The notes: generated by a model not told the origin, from the sequence alone. Numbered from the stretch's first letter, positions 48,022 through 62,639 are shown. The stretch is 64,000 nt of DNA from Tubulanus polymorphus (GCF_964204645.1 NC_134028.1:14143653-14207652), one strand, 5' to 3'. Program-made: numbers and translations.

Positions 48022-51000
48022 ATGGAAGATGTAAGAAAATATATTAATTTATTAGATAATAAAAAAGATATAGAGATAACCAAAGCATCTAAAAGTGATA
48101 TCGGCCCTGCAGCTATCGAGTTTAAATTTCATAAAGGAAAAACATTAGAAGAAAATAAAAAACATTTAGAAAATATGAAAGAAATAATAAAAATAATAAC
48201 TGATGTTGAATATCCTAAAATAAGTATATCTTCTAAAGTTAAATTCATAAAATCTGAAGATAAACCAATATATTATATAAATTCTCATTCACAACATATT
48301 ATATATAAACAACATATAGATGATAAATTAGATAAATGTTATAATGAAGTAAAAACTAAAATAGAAGAGAAATATTTTGAAGGATCTGGTTTAATATTTG
48401 AAGAAATAATATTTATGACTTTACATGTTTATGACACAAAATATAATAAGTTAACTAAATCAAAACCAATTGATGAAAATAATGTATCATATTATAAAGA
48501 ACCAGATATTGAAGCATCGAGTTACATTAAACTACCATTTAAAACTAATGCTGTAATAAATGTACAAAATTTTGATGATAAATGTTTTCTATGGGCTATA
48601 ATAAGTTGTTTACATCCTGCAACTTATAATATTTGTAGATTAACTCATTATAAACCATTTGAAAATAATTATAAGATAGATAAGTATCCTGTTATAATTA
48701 AAAACATCCCAAAAATAGAAAGAGATAATAATATAAAGATAAATGTATTTGATTTAATCAAATTGCCAAATACAAAAGGTAACAATATAAAACATTATAC
48801 ATTAGAACCTTTATATCTATCAAAAGATTATGATTCAAACGATGTTATAGATATATTATATTATGAGAATCATTATATGTGGATTAAACAAATAGATTTA
48901 TTCTTTAGAACAGAAAGTGATCACCATAATAAAATATATCTATGTAGAAAATGTTTACATAAATTCAGTAATGAAAGTACATTATTAAATCATAAACAAT
49001 TATGTGAAAATCATGATTATTGTAAATTAGTTTTACCAAATGAAAAGGATAAAATATTAGAATTCAAAAAATATGATTACAAAAATAAAGTTCCATTTGT
49101 CATATATGGAGATTTTGAATCATTAAATAAAGAATTAACTGATCAAGATAGAAAAGAAATATATTATAAAAGAAAGAAATTAAATTCTAATGAAAATGAT
49201 TTTTCAGATGAACCACCAATAACAAATACTATTAAAAAGATACATCAATCAGCTGCAGCTTTCGGGTTATATATTAAATCTGATTATCCAGAACTAATTA
49301 AAAGTAAATATTATCATTACAGAAATGAAAATCTTATAAATCATTTTTGTGACTTATTAATTGAATATGAAATAAAATTTAATGAAAAGTTAAATAAAAA
49401 TATAGAAATTATAATGACAGAAGAAGATAAAGAAGCATTTGAGTTTGCAGATAAATGTTATTATTGTGAAAAGAAATTTATTTATAAAGATAAATAAGTA
49501 AGAGACCATGATCATTTGAATGAAAAGTTTAGAGGCGCTGCACATGAGAATTGTAACTTACAAGCTAAGAAAATTAACTTTGTACCAGTTATATTTCATA
49601 ATCTATCAGGATATGATGCACATTTATTCATCAAACAGTTATGCCATAAAATAGAAGAAATCAATAATGAAATAGAAAGATTAAATTCAAAAGGATCAAA
49701 AGCTAAAATACCAACTTATGAATTTAGAATGTTAGCTAAAACATCTGAGAATTATATATCATTCCAATTTGGTTGCCTAAGATTTATAGATTCATATAGA
49801 TTTTTAAATAGTTCATTAGATAACTTATCAAAATCATTAGTTGATGATGAATTAAAAATATCAAAGCAACACTATCCAAATAATGATGATTTTCAATTAA
49901 TGAGATATAAAGGCGCAATTCCATATTCATTTTAAAAATCACATAATGATTTTAATATAACTGAATTATTAAAAGAACAATTCTATGATGAATTAAAAAA
50001 TGAATATGTTAAAGATGAAGTATATAATAGAACATTGAATATTTGGAATCATTTTAGAATGAAAAATCGTGGGCAATTAGTAGATTTATATCTAAAATCA
50101 GATGTATTATTATTAACCGATATATTCGAAAGGTTTAGAGATGTAAACCGAAAATATTTTGATATTGATCCTTGTCATTGTTATTCTACTCCAGGTTTAA
50201 CATGGGATTGTGGATTAAAATTTACAGATATAAAAATGGATTTGTTAACAAATATAGATCAATTATTATTTGAAAAATCTATAAGAGGAGGAGTTTCAGG
50301 TGTATTTGGTGATAGATATTGCAATGTAAATGATAACCCTGGATATAAGTTATTATATATAGATGCAAATAATTTTTATGGTTGGGCAACGATGGAACCA
50401 CAACCTTATGGAGTATTTGAATTAACTGAAGTTTCACAACATGAAAATAATAATAAATTTGATTGGAAGAAAAGAATTCTAGATATTGCAGATGATTCAG
50501 ATACTGGTTACTTCTTTGTTGTAGATTTAGAATATCCTGAACGTATTAAATTTAAATCTAGAAATCTAGCATACTGTCCCGAACATAAAACTGTAACTCA
50601 TGAAGAATTATCAAATTATCAAAAAAGAATTAAACCCGAAAATCATATTCATACAGAAAAGTTAATGGTAACTCAAGAAGATAAATATGTAAAAAATTAT
50701 GTAGTACATTATAGAATGTTAAAGTTTTATCTAAAACAAGGAATGGTTCTAAAAAAAGTACATAGATATATTTCATTCAGTCAATCTAAGTGGTTAGAAA
50801 AATATATAGATTTTAACACCAAACAGAGAATTGAAGCTAAAACTGATTTCGAGAAAGATTTCTTCAAGTTAATGAATAATGCATTCTATGGTAAGACTTG
50901 TGAAAATATTAGAAATAGAAATGATATTGAGTTAGTAAGTAATGGTAAAAGAATTAGACATTTACAAACATATCCTAAATTTATTGGTAACAGAATATTT

Positions 51001-51683
51001 GATGAAAATCTAGCCGCAGTTAAAATGAGAAGAACAAGTATGAAGTTCAATAAACCTATTTATGTTGGAGCATCAGTTTTAGAATTATCAAAGTTATTAA
51101 TGTATAAATTTTACTATAACGCATTACAACCACTTTTTGGAGAAAAACATATAGAAATATTATATTTTGATACTGACAGTTAGATATTAAAGATAAAAAC
51201 TAATAAAATAACAGATGATTTAAAAACATTAAAACATCATTTTGATTTCAGTAATTATCCTAAAAATCATGAATTGTTTAGCAATGATAATAAAAAAGTT
51301 CCCGGTAAATTCAAAGACGAGGTGGCGAAGAAACGATTGAATTCTTCGGTATTAGATCTAAAATGTATTCATATAAAACTAAAGAACATGAAGCTAAAAA
51401 GTTAAAAGGAATAACCAAAAGTGTAGTAGAAAAGAATATTCATTTCAAAGATTACATCAATTGTATATTCAATGAAGAAGTTAGAAAACATAAGATGAGA
51501 TGTTTAAGATCTGAAGATCATGGAATGTTTATTGAAGAAATTGAAAAGATAAGTCTAAACCCATTTGATGATAGAAGATATATTTTAGATGATGGAATTC
51601 ATACAGTTGCTTATGGTTGTAATTTAGATGAATACTTAAAATTTAAAAGAGAAGAAACAAAAGATAAGGAAATAATGAAATGA
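48022..51683 (+). pseudogene. polB: Polinton B2 pPolB, intein-free allele
   Basis: All pPolB motifs; uninterrupted YFDTDS at 51163-51180; several premature stops. Confidence 0.93.
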
Positions 51684-51728
51684 ATTCTAACGTGTTAATC
51701 AAATTTTAATTAAAAATATGTTATTAAA

Positions 51729-52082
51729 ATGGAGAGTAAACAAACACACAGTGAGAACAACAGATTATTTCTAGATAGAATAAAAGATACTTCAATTGTC
51801 AAATCAGTAGATTATAAATTTAAGAAGTTAAAAGAATTAATAATCCATAAGAAATATCTAATAACAAATATTGATAGAGTTACTAACAAATATGGAGATA
51901 AATTAGTAATACACTTAGAATATGAAGGATTAAAAGGAAATACATATAAATTCAGAACATATTTACCGGATAGATTTCATAGATTATCAAGTGAAGATCT
52001 AGAAGAATTATGTTCTGGTGATTTCTATTTCGTATACAAAGGTAAGAATGAATAAGGGCACCATGAAATAGATTTCGAATAA
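51729..52082 (+). pseudogene. Homolog of 29953-30279
   Basis: Shared motifs; premature stop at ~52053. Confidence 0.7.
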
Positions 52083-52099
52083 GAAAATATGTAAAATAA

Positions 52100-52857
52100 A
52101 TGGTAGAATTAAAAGAATACAGAATATTTGTTGATTCTAGAAAACTTACAAATTATAAATCACATAATTTATTAGTACAATTAGACAGAGAATTTAAGAA
52201 TTGTGTTGATTTAAAATTAGTAAATATAAGTTTATGTAATTCTTTTTATAATGTATCGGATAAAAGTCTAGAACATTTAATTTTTTCAATCTTTTACAAA
52301 AAAGGAATAAATGGTTTTTTATATATTTAAAACCAGGATTATATAATTTAGAAACATTAGCACAAGAAATTAATAGAAAAGCTCGAGCTTAATTAGGAAG
52401 TGATTCCGGATTTAGTATTAGAATTTTAAAAAGTGATAGTTCTAATAAAATAAAGATAAGGTTAGCTAATGACGAACAATTTAAATTTACAGTAAGAAAA
52501 CCTTTAGGTAAACTGTTAGGAATTAACCCAGATATTGTTACAGCATACGCAGAAGGTAGATCAAACTTAATACCTTACACACATTTTTATATTTATTGCA
52601 ATTTAATTAATCCTACAAAAACATTTGAAGCAACTAAAGATACAATTTGTAATTCTAGTATATTAAATATTTTACCATTGAAGAATGTCAAACAATTTGG
52701 AACGCAAATAAATTATAATTTAGACGAATGTGATTTTAAACCTTGTATTCCTCAATTTAATAATTTTAAATTAGAAATAAGAAATCATAATGGATATTTA
52801 ATTGATTTGAATAACTTTCCTGTAATTTATGAATTAGTTATAAGATGTAAAGAGTAA
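52100..52857 (+). pseudogene. Minor capsid protein (frameshifted)
   Basis: Near-identical N- and C-termini to 20356-21114. Confidence 0.8.
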
Positions 52858-52872
52858 TTTTTTATTATATAA

Positions 52873-55800
52873 ATGAATATAACTGTTGGACCGAGTATAT
52901 GTTTTGGATTTGATTTTATTTTAAACGCGAGAAAGAAATGAAATTTAACATTAATGATGTAATAATACATATCAAAAATATTGCATTTTCTAATGAAACA
53001 ACATTTGAGTATGAAAAAACAATAGATAAAGAAACTTTAAATGTAGAAAAGATTACTAATTTAATTAGAGAATCTTTAAGATTTTATGAATTAGATGAAG
53101 ATTTTATCATAGATGATATTAAAAACATATTAACCAAAATATATGATAATCATGAAACTAGTAATGAAATAAATGTTGAAATAATTATAAATAAGACTAC
53201 TAAATATTTTGAAGATAGTAATTTTTTTGGTAAATAAATGAGTGATAATAAGTGGATAATAACTGGATTATATAATGTTGCATTACTATCAGTTGGAACT
53301 GTTGGTTATTCAATGGTATTAAAAAAAGTATTCAAAATGGGAAGTGTTAATGTTGATAGATTTGATATCAATGATATCTTAAAATTAACATTAGCAGTTA
53401 CTTTATCTAATTTAACTATTGATTATTTAGAAAAACAAAAATATATTCCTATTATATAAATGCATAATTTTTTCACTAAATAAATGGCATCTGCAATTAT
53501 AACTATTATAGGATCGGCAATTGTTAACGCTTTGGCATTTACTGGTGGTTGATATTTATTTAAGCATATTGATAAAAATAGTTCATTAGGAGAACAAAGA
53601 AGACATAACTTAGCATTAGAAAAATATAATAAAGCTGCAGAAGAATATAGAGAAAAGAGGCAAAACTATATGGATTATATTAACAAGGAATTATATGATC
53701 AGAAGATTTCACATAGAGATTTTCAATCAGTCGATGCTGCAATGAGTTTATATAACGCGGTAAGCAATAAAGAAAAATTACATCTATACAAACCTAAATT
53801 ATCAGATTATTATACCCCAAGTAAAGAACAACAGAAATATGAAATAATTTGGATTTTAGGCGGAACAGTTATTGTCATATTTGTTGCTTATAAGTTTACT
53901 AATTAGTAATTTTTTTGCTAAATAAATGGATGATAATATTGATATTATTCCTCATGATATAAATAAAACTAAATTAAAAACATATTTAGAAAAACAAATA
54001 TTAGAATTTGAAAATGATTTAAAAGTTAAAAAGATAAAATATTTAAAATCTAAAATTATATATTATTTGATTATAAGTGGTTCGGTTACAATTAGTTCTG
54101 TAATAACATTTCTAGCAATTTTCAGTCCATTAACACCTTTAGCTATATCAATTGGTGTGTTAGGATTATCATCAAGTGTTTTAACCGGTATAAGTTCAAA
54201 ATTGAATATAAAAAGTAATAAAGAAAAAATTAAAACGAATATAAAAGAAATTAATAAATTAAAAAATACACTAGATTATATAATAAGTTTAAATGGTCCT
54301 ATAACAGTTGAAGAACAAGATAAATTATTAAAAGAATTAATAAATTATTAATTTTTTTATTATATAAATGGTAGATAGTTTTCCAAAAGCTTTCCAATAT
54401 AATAAATCAATTAAATATAATATTCCTGCAATAGATTTTAATAAAGATATTACATATAGAAATGAAGTTTTAGATTCATTAACTAATTTAGAAATTTATG
54501 TTACTGAAACTAATAATTTTAATGCAAAGATGGAAAATATATTTCATGTATATTTAATTAATTTTAAAAAATTGAAAGATGAAAAACAATGGTTATTAAA
54601 ATCTAATATGAAGTATTGGCAGAACCAATTAAATTTTGCTGTTTATTGTGCAACAACAGGTTATGGAATTAGTTGGAATGATCATTTGAATAATTCTAAA
54701 TATAAATTAATTCAAAGTTTATTTAGATTTCATACATACTTTCAAATCAGAATAATATTAAATGAATTAGAGTGCGCTTTACCAGGATCTAGATATTTTA
54801 AAGAATTAGATAATAATATTAATTTATCAAAGTTTTATAAAAATTTGCAATGAATTTAATATAGATATAAATAATTCTGATTTTAGAACAAAAATTGGAA
54901 CAATAAGATCACTTCCTTGCCCTGAAAATGTTGCAGCATATTGTACACTTCCCATACCATCTAATAGCTTTTATAATATCTATAATAATAAATTAGGTTA
55001 TGGTAAAATAGAAACAAAGGATTTAGAAACATTATATTTTAATAAATTACCGAAATTTTAAGATCATTTAAAACAAGAAAACAATAATGGTTGGGTTTAT
55101 TTTATTTTAGAAAATAGTGAAGGTTTTACTAAATCAGGTATACAAAGAATAAATCAATCTATTAGAACTTATTTGATATGTATTTTAGGTGCGCAAGTTG
55201 AAACAAGATCCCCAATAATTGGAAATTTAAATACATCATTTGATACACAGAAACAATTCAAAGTATTATTTGAAGATTCAATTCATAATGATAAAAATAG
55301 ATCTATTCCAGAAAACATTGTAAGATATCAAAATTATTTAGATAAATCACATATTAGATTAAATTATTGTATAGGCCCTAATCTATTAATTATTTCTAAT
55401 GATTTAGTACTAAAGATGGGAAATATAATTGGTTATAATAATCTAATTAAAACTGCAACAATAAATAATTCATTTGGATTAAATGATATAAATAAAAAGA
55501 TTATTACTGCTCCAAAATTAATGGAAGGTGAAAAAAATAAAAAACATATTCAATCAACTGAAACTAAAACTGAAAATATTAAATTGGATTATGATTCAAA
55601 AATAAAAGATTGCAATACTACAGAACATATTAAAACTGATAATATTCAACATGATATAATTAAAACTGATAATGATAATAAATCCCATGAAAATACTAAA
55701 TTAGCTTTAACTTGTATAGGAATTGTTATGGGAGGAATATTATATTTTAAATTTTAATTTTTTTATTATATAAATGGATGTAGAAGGTGGAGAAGATATT

Positions 55801-57202
55801 GGAATGGATAATTTTGATGAACCTGGCATAACTGATGAACAACAACCTGATTTTAGTGAAACAAGTTTTAATGACGGTAATGAGCCAGAATATAGTAATA
55901 ATTTAAATATGCCTGATTATATTAAAAATGCAGAATCACAATTAAATCATGAAAATTTAGACCCAGATTTAGTAAAACACGATTTAGATAATTTAAACAA
56001 AATACCTAAATTAGAACGTATAATTGAAAATTCTAAACTTAACATAAATGATGAAGACGTTGGACCTTTAGCAGATCAATTAAAATTTTTAGATAATGGT
56101 AAATGGTATTATTATTTGAAAGGTGATTTTTATATTGATATCACTTTTAAAAATGAAAACAAAATATTAGCAAAATCAATTTTAGAAAAATTAGAACCAG
56201 ATAGAATTAAAAGAATAAGTAATAGTAATGAAATAACTGATGTTACACAAAAAAAAGAGATGATAATATAGACGTGTTTAAACAAAGAATTAATGAATTA
56301 TTTGAAATAATCAAAAAGAAATCAGAAACAGAAACAACTTCTGAACAGAATATAACTTCCAAAACTAGTAAACTTAAATCAAATAAAGTTCCAATTGAAA
56401 AACTTTTACCGAATGGATTAATTGATGCAACAGATCAACAATTAGAAGATTTAAATAATATATTTTCTGTTGAAGCAATTAGAGAAATTAAAAGTATAAG
56501 ACTTGCATCTGATAAAATTGCGTATGATAAAAGTATAAGAGATTTTAAAATTAGAACTTTAGAAAAAGAATTAACTGATAAAAATAAAGAAATAGAACAA
56601 TAAAAGTCTGATTTAGATCATCAAGTAATTGATGAAATAGAATATAGGCAAAAAGAATTACGTTTAGAAAAAGAAAAAGATGATTTAGAATATAACATAG
56701 AATTATAAAAAGAAGAAATTAAATTATTATTAAAATCATATGATTATGATATTAATAGATTAAAAGTTATTTTTAAAGATTTGTTGATTAAACCAAATTC
56801 TGAAATATCATTGAAAGATAGAATAAAGTTATTATTTAAATTAGAAGGAATAACAATTCTTTTAATTCTAACAGCTGTAACTATGTTATTTACAACAATT
56901 GGTTTAGCAATATCAAATTCTTTGAAATCTACTCTTACTCCAAATTAACCAGATAAACCCCAGATAATAATTCTATACAAGATCAAGTTAAGGATGGTTT
57001 AAAGAAATAAGCAAAATATTTATGGGAACCATCTAAAAAATCTGCTGCAGCATTGCCCGAAGTTATTGCATCAATTGTTGGTTTTATATTGAAATCTGCA
57101 GGAAACATTATTAACTTTGCTGCTGAACATATTATTTTATTTTTAATTACAGTTGTAAGTGCAATTATTTTTGGGTTAGTAAACATGATAAAAAATAAAT
57201 AA
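52873..57202 (+). pseudogene. Block of six structural/membrane gene homologs (52873, 53238, 53484, 53926, 54368, 55774), partly disrupted
   Basis: Collinear with and highly similar to 21131-25463. Confidence 0.85.
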
Positions 57203-57222
57203 TTAATTTTTTTGTTAAATAA

Positions 57223-58115
57223 ATGAGTGGGAGTTATATCAATCCTTCTAAGAAACATAGAATATCTAATGCTATTAAAGCAGAAAGATCACATCATATA
57301 ATTACTCATAATCCTTACAGTTTTCTCATTAGATGATTATAATTTATTTATGCATTATAAAGATTTATGGTTAACTAGAGAAAACAGAAATAATATGATA
57401 TTTCAGGGCATTCAATCGGAAAACCATAATAAATTAAGATCAGGAGCTAATGACGCAATAGTAACTCGTGCCACAGATAATTTGATTAAAAAGATTTATG
57501 GAAGCAAATATAAAATTCCATTAGACTTTGAATTGATAAATAATAATGCGCCTTTATATAAATACGCAATTCAAGAAGACGTTATATTTGAGATAACATT
57601 TGCTCCTGTTAATGAAATTGTAATATCTAGCGTTAATAAAGATATGGGTTATAAATTATCGAATATATGTTTAGAATATGATACAGTAACTGATGAAAAT
57701 ATTGCTAACACAATTCAAACTCAATACAATCAAGGATTTTCATTATTATATGATTATATTGATAAATTTAAAACTGTAACTATTAATGCAAATGATGAAA
57801 TAATTAATGAGAATATTAACTTCCCAAGAAGATCTATTAAAGGTATATTAATATTTTTCACCATTGCAACATATACTAATGGCGCAATAAATGTTGATTA
57901 TTATTACAATCCTGAAATAACAAAAGTAGAAATAACTATCATTCATTACATTTTCATTACATGGTTCTGGAAAAAAACTACAAAACACTAAAGATGGAAT
58001 ACAATTATTCATGACAAAGAATAAAGGAATCAAAAATTTTAAAATGCACATTTATATTATATCTGACGCGCAATTAAAGATTATAAATTCTCAATTTAAT
58101 AGTGTTATGTATTAA
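57223..58115 (+). pseudogene. Major capsid protein with two internal deletions
   Basis: Matches 25484-26731 with segments missing near 57317 and 57945. Confidence 0.85.
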
Positions 58116-58147
58116 GATTTTAACTTTAATAAAAATTTATATAATAA

Positions 58148-59017
58148 ATGGAAGGAGGTAAAGTATATAAACATATTCCATACATCGATACACATGAAAA
58201 TAATAATGGTTTATATTGTGTAATACCTTTTAATATAGCTTTGATATTTGATCCTATTTTAAAAATTTATAAAAATAAACTAATAGAAATCGATAATAAT
58301 AAAAGTGGTGTTGTTGATAATTTAAGTAATGTAATACCTTCTACATATAATAATGTAATACCTTCTACATCTAATAATGTAATACCTTCTACATCTAATA
58401 ATGCAATACCTTCAACATCTAATAATGCAATACCTTCTACATCAAATAATGAAATAATATTAAATATTAGTGAAAATAGAAATTATTGTGATTATTGTAA
58501 AGGTGAATTTTCAAACGCTCCATCAAATTGGAATAATCATATGAATACAAATTCACATATTATTAATGTAATAGATCGTGTTGGTATAAGAGAATTTATA
58601 GAACACCCATTTAATTATGTTACAAAGTTTGTTTCAAATAAAAAAGTAGATGGTAAAGATTTATATAAAGATTTATTAGGTGAATATTTATCTAAGGAAC
58701 CTAGTAATGATGAATTAGATTTATCTGCGGCTAAAAAAATATTAGAATCGAGCATTGTAAATACAATATTAAGATCAAACACTAAGAAAGATGACAATGA
58801 AAATATAGTTACAGGAAAGCGCATTGATAATAAAGATTCTATGAAACTTAAATCAGAAAATAAAGATATAGTTGAGATGACTAATAAGTATACCATTAAA
58901 CCAATTATTTATGAAGATACGGTAGAGCATTTGAATAAATTGATGGGGTATGATGATGAATTGGAGAGTGATGATGAAAGTGATCCAGAAAGTAATTATC
59001 TAACACTCAGAAAGTAA
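58148..59017 (+). CDS. Hypothetical protein with (NNxIPSTS) repeats and one zinc finger
   Basis: Intact 289-aa ORF; five 24-bp repeats at ~58325-58450; CDYC...H...H; TAAATG start. Confidence 0.7.
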   Translation: MEGGKVYKHIPYIDTHENNNGLYCVIPFNIALIFDPILKIYKNKLIEIDNNKSGVVDNLSNVIPSTYNNVIPSTSNNVIPSTSNNAIPSTSNNAIPSTSNNEIILNISENRNYCDYCKGEFSNAPSNWNNHMNTNSHIINVIDRVGIREFIEHPFNYVTKFVSNKKVDGKDLYKDLLGEYLSKEPSNDELDLSAAKKILESSIVNTILRSNTKKDDNENIVTGKRIDNKDSMKLKSENKDIVEMTNKYTIKPIIYEDTVEHLNKLMGYDDELESDDESDPESNYLTLRK

Positions 59018-59359
59018 TAAAGGTTGAAAATTGTATAAAATAATAGTAAATAAAAAAGGGGGTTTAAGTATTAAGGTATCTAATGCATATCTAATACATA
59101 TCTAATACGTATTAATACGTATTATTTGAAAATACCTGAAATTATATTTTTTTTTAAATTTATATTAGAAACCTCAGTAGTAATAAATAACCTTTATTAT
59201 TTTCAAACTTATTCATATATTAGTTGAAAAAATAAAAATAAATTGGTTGAAAATTGTAAGAATAATATTTATTTTAAAAATGGGGTTTTAAGTATTAATG
59301 TATTTAATACGTATCTAATACGTATTTAATACGTATTAGATAGATAGATATATAAATAG

Positions 59360-59971
59360 TTATTTTATAAACTTATATTCATATGGAAATTGAAGCCTCA
59401 GTAATAATTTTCAACCTTTATTATTCTTTAATTTATTCATATATTCATCATGTAATTCAGTAGGTATAATTTGATTTTCTTCCAATGATTGTTGCATAGA
59501 TTTTTTATCTTTGTTATAAAATAAAACTAGAAATCTTATATTCTCCCTAAAGTCTTTAACAATTGAATTATATTTTTGATTTAAAACCCATGTTGTTATC
59601 CCAAAATGTCTCCCAGAGAAAGCTAAATAACATAACTCACTTTCTCTCACTTTTGAATCATGTAAATTAGCGCAATCATCTATAATGAATAATGTATTTG
59701 ATCCTTTATAAGTATCAATTGCTATTTTTATACAATTATCTAAATTTTCTTTTACTATTTTAGGATCTAATATAATAAACTTCTTCATCTTAACTATATC
59801 TCTATTATATGTTTTATTCATTTCATTAGTAGGACAGAATAATATTATATTATCAAAATGATTCTTATAAATAGTTTCTAACAAATCTAATATGAGATGT
59901 GTTTTACCACAATTGGTTACTCCAGTAACTAACATATTATGCGGTTCAAATATAAATAAATCTTTATTCAT
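59360..59971 (-). pseudogene. A32-like packaging ATPase (B-type)
   Basis: GVTNCGKT, FIIDD, GRH; late premature stop. Confidence 0.9.
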
Positions 59972-60670
59972 TTATTCTTTTAATTTTACTAGATAAAATC
60001 CATTCATTAAATTTATCATCGTATCCTTTATATTTCACCAAAGAATACTTTTTCCTTTAAGAGTTTTTGTTTTCAATACTTTTTCTATTTTGTATTCTAT
60101 TTCATCTGGATTTGGTACAAGTGATAATTCTTGTTCATAGAAATTACCTAATATTTCTTCATCTTTTAAATCTTCTAATTTATAAACAAATGGTGTAGTT
60201 AATATTATATTTTTAATTTTAAATATTTCTTCAGTAAAATTAGGGGTATAACCTTTATAAAAGGTTTTTCTATATTTAGATATTCTTACGTGTTGTCCAA
60301 TTTTGTATCTAGGTTCACCGAAATCATGTGTAACAAATGCTCCATATAAATTATTCCAAACTATTTCTGAATTATCTTCTTTTCTAGCTTGTATAGGTTT
60401 CATATTTATAGAACTATGTTTAGAATTATTATAACCTTTCACTAAATCATCTAACACATCGATATATTCATGTTTCATTAGCAGTAAAATATTTCCACAT
60501 TTTAGTTTTCAATGTTTTATTAAATCTTTCTTAGATGCTTTTTTATCTGAGTGTGTTGAAAAATAATCTACATCGTTATCAGATAATAGTTTTTTAAAAT
60601 GTTTATTATAAAATTCCTTACCTTCATCAAATTGTATCTTATCTGGAATAGCTTTTTTAAATATATTCTT
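59964..60670 (-). pseudogene. RVE integrase with chromodomain (5'-truncated, B-type)
   Basis: Near-identical to 37450-38163. Confidence 0.88.
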
Positions 60671-60689
60671 AATAATATTATAACTGTTA

Positions 60690-61500
60690 CTAATCCAATT
60701 GTAATATATAAGTAATTATTACTTCCAGCATTAGAAGAATTAGATGGATTATTATTTGAATTAATATCAGATAAAGTCTGTGATTCATTTATATCAGTTA
60801 ATTTCTTTTTCTTAGCTTTTTTTAATTCTGAAGATCTTTTACCTAATTATCTTGCCCATTTAATTTGTTTCTCGGATCTAACCTTTTTCTTAATTCCATC
60901 ACTCATTTATTTTAGTTAATTTTTGTTCTGATTCATTTTCTGTTTCGGCGTTTGGTTGTAGTACATCTGTTTCGTTCTTACCTGATTTATATTCCATAGG
61001 CTTGATATTCGAAAATGTAATGACACCAGTAGAAATTAATGTCATAACCGATCCTAATTGGAATGAAGCATAACCAACCCATTTTTGTAATTCAGTCATA
61101 ACTAAGTAGTCATTTTTCAAATCACTATATAATTTATTTTCATCATCAATTGGTATTAACTGGTTACGTAACTTAGAGTAACATTTGACAATACCATCTG
61201 AAATAGAATCATTTATTCTAGCTAATCTTGCTTCTTCATAAATCTTAAAATATTTTATTACTTTATCTGGTTTCATAGCATCTAATTCTTGAAAAGTAAT
61301 TAACTTAATTAAAAACTCTTTAGATTTCCCGCCAGCAATTAGTAATTCAAGATGGTGTTTACAATATAAATGGTATTCATAATCAATATTACAATTAACT
61401 TGAGCACAATTAGTTACAACTGTATCTTTATTATCACTTTTACCCAAATCATCTATTGTCTTTTCAATATCAATACTATTCTTACTCGATTTCTTGACAT
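60690..61500 (-). pseudogene. Homologs of the 36170 and 36737 genes
   Basis: ORF 60899-61447 plus a KKKVRSEKQIKW fragment. Confidence 0.78.
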
Positions 61501-61732
61501 TTATATTAGAGAAAAAAGCGAAAAAAAATATAAGTATTATAAAATGATACCAGTGTCTCTTTAGATTAATACTAGCTTAGGTAAAGAATTTTAGTATTAG
61601 TTATTGTTTTTTTAGTATTTTTTTTTGTGATATTAAGTATTCTCTTTTGAAAATATCAAAAATTAAAATAGAAATAATGGTTAGTTGAAGTTATTGTTTT
61701 TTTAATATATTTTATTTGAATTCTATTTGATA

Positions 61733-61799
61733 TCTCACTACTTTTGTTTATCTATTAGGAGCAGTAATTATAACTGTCCAGATAAGTCATTTCGGATCC
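61733..61799 (-). other. Conserved structured non-coding element (copy 3)
   Basis: Matches 35797-35862; follows an HNH C-terminal fragment (~61790-62003). Confidence 0.6.
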
Positions 61800-62208
61800 T
61801 TGGTATCAAATTCCTCAACGTATTGTTCATTATTTGGATCATTGTTCCATTGATCAATAAATTTCTTTGCCTATGTTAACTGTTCTAAATATAACTGTAA
61901 ATCTAGTTTATTAGATTTGATTTTATTTTCTTTCTTTTCAAGAGGTCTTAAATTTTTCCAATTCCAAATAAGTTTTTTATTGTATTCATCATTCCTTTCC
62001 ATTTATAAATCAAATTTTTATTAAAATTGATTAACATTTTAGAATCCTCTTCCATTTCTTCGACTAACGTCATCCTTTTTCATTCCTCGCTGCTTTTGAT
62101 AAGTCATTTCGGATCCTCGATAATAAATCCTCAACTGAAAATCAATTCAACGAAACGACTGGTGGAAATATTATTTCATAAACACATATATTTATTATGT
62201 AAATTTTA

Positions 62209-62560
62209 GCGATCGATAATAGAACAATGGAGAACAATAGAAAAGCGGTCCAATCGGACCGGTTATTGCGCAATACACAGTTATATTTTTATTCTGTAAA
62301 CTACAACATTCAAACATAGAACTGTAACCAATCAATATTGAGCAGCTGTTTCCGTCAACAACGATCAATAATAGAACAATGAAGAACAATAGAAAAGCGG
62401 TCCAATCGGACCCGTTATTGCGCAATACTTAGTTAACAGTAATCAATCAATACAGAACAACCGCCGCCATTAACAACGATCAATAATAGAACAATGGAGA
62501 ACAATAGAAAAGCGGTCCAATCGGACCGGTTATTGCGCAATACTTAGTTAACAGTAATCA
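62209..62560. repeat. Three ~70-bp direct repeats with internal palindromes
   Basis: AATAATAGAACAATGGAGAACAATAGAAAAGCGGTCCAATCGGACCGGTTATTGCGCAATAC at ~62215, ~62366 and ~62482. Confidence 0.85.
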
Positions 62561-62639
62561 ATACAATATTAAAACAGATATATACAATCGAGATTACATT
62601 TTTTGATATCTATATCACAAAGACCTTCAGTGTTATAAT

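Larger units (their letters stand above)
47347..59017 (+). mobile_element. Degraded Polinton B2 (intein-less pPolB plus capsid module)
   Basis: pPolB, then penton, membrane genes and MCP collinear with 20356-26731. Right end not identified. Confidence 0.85.
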
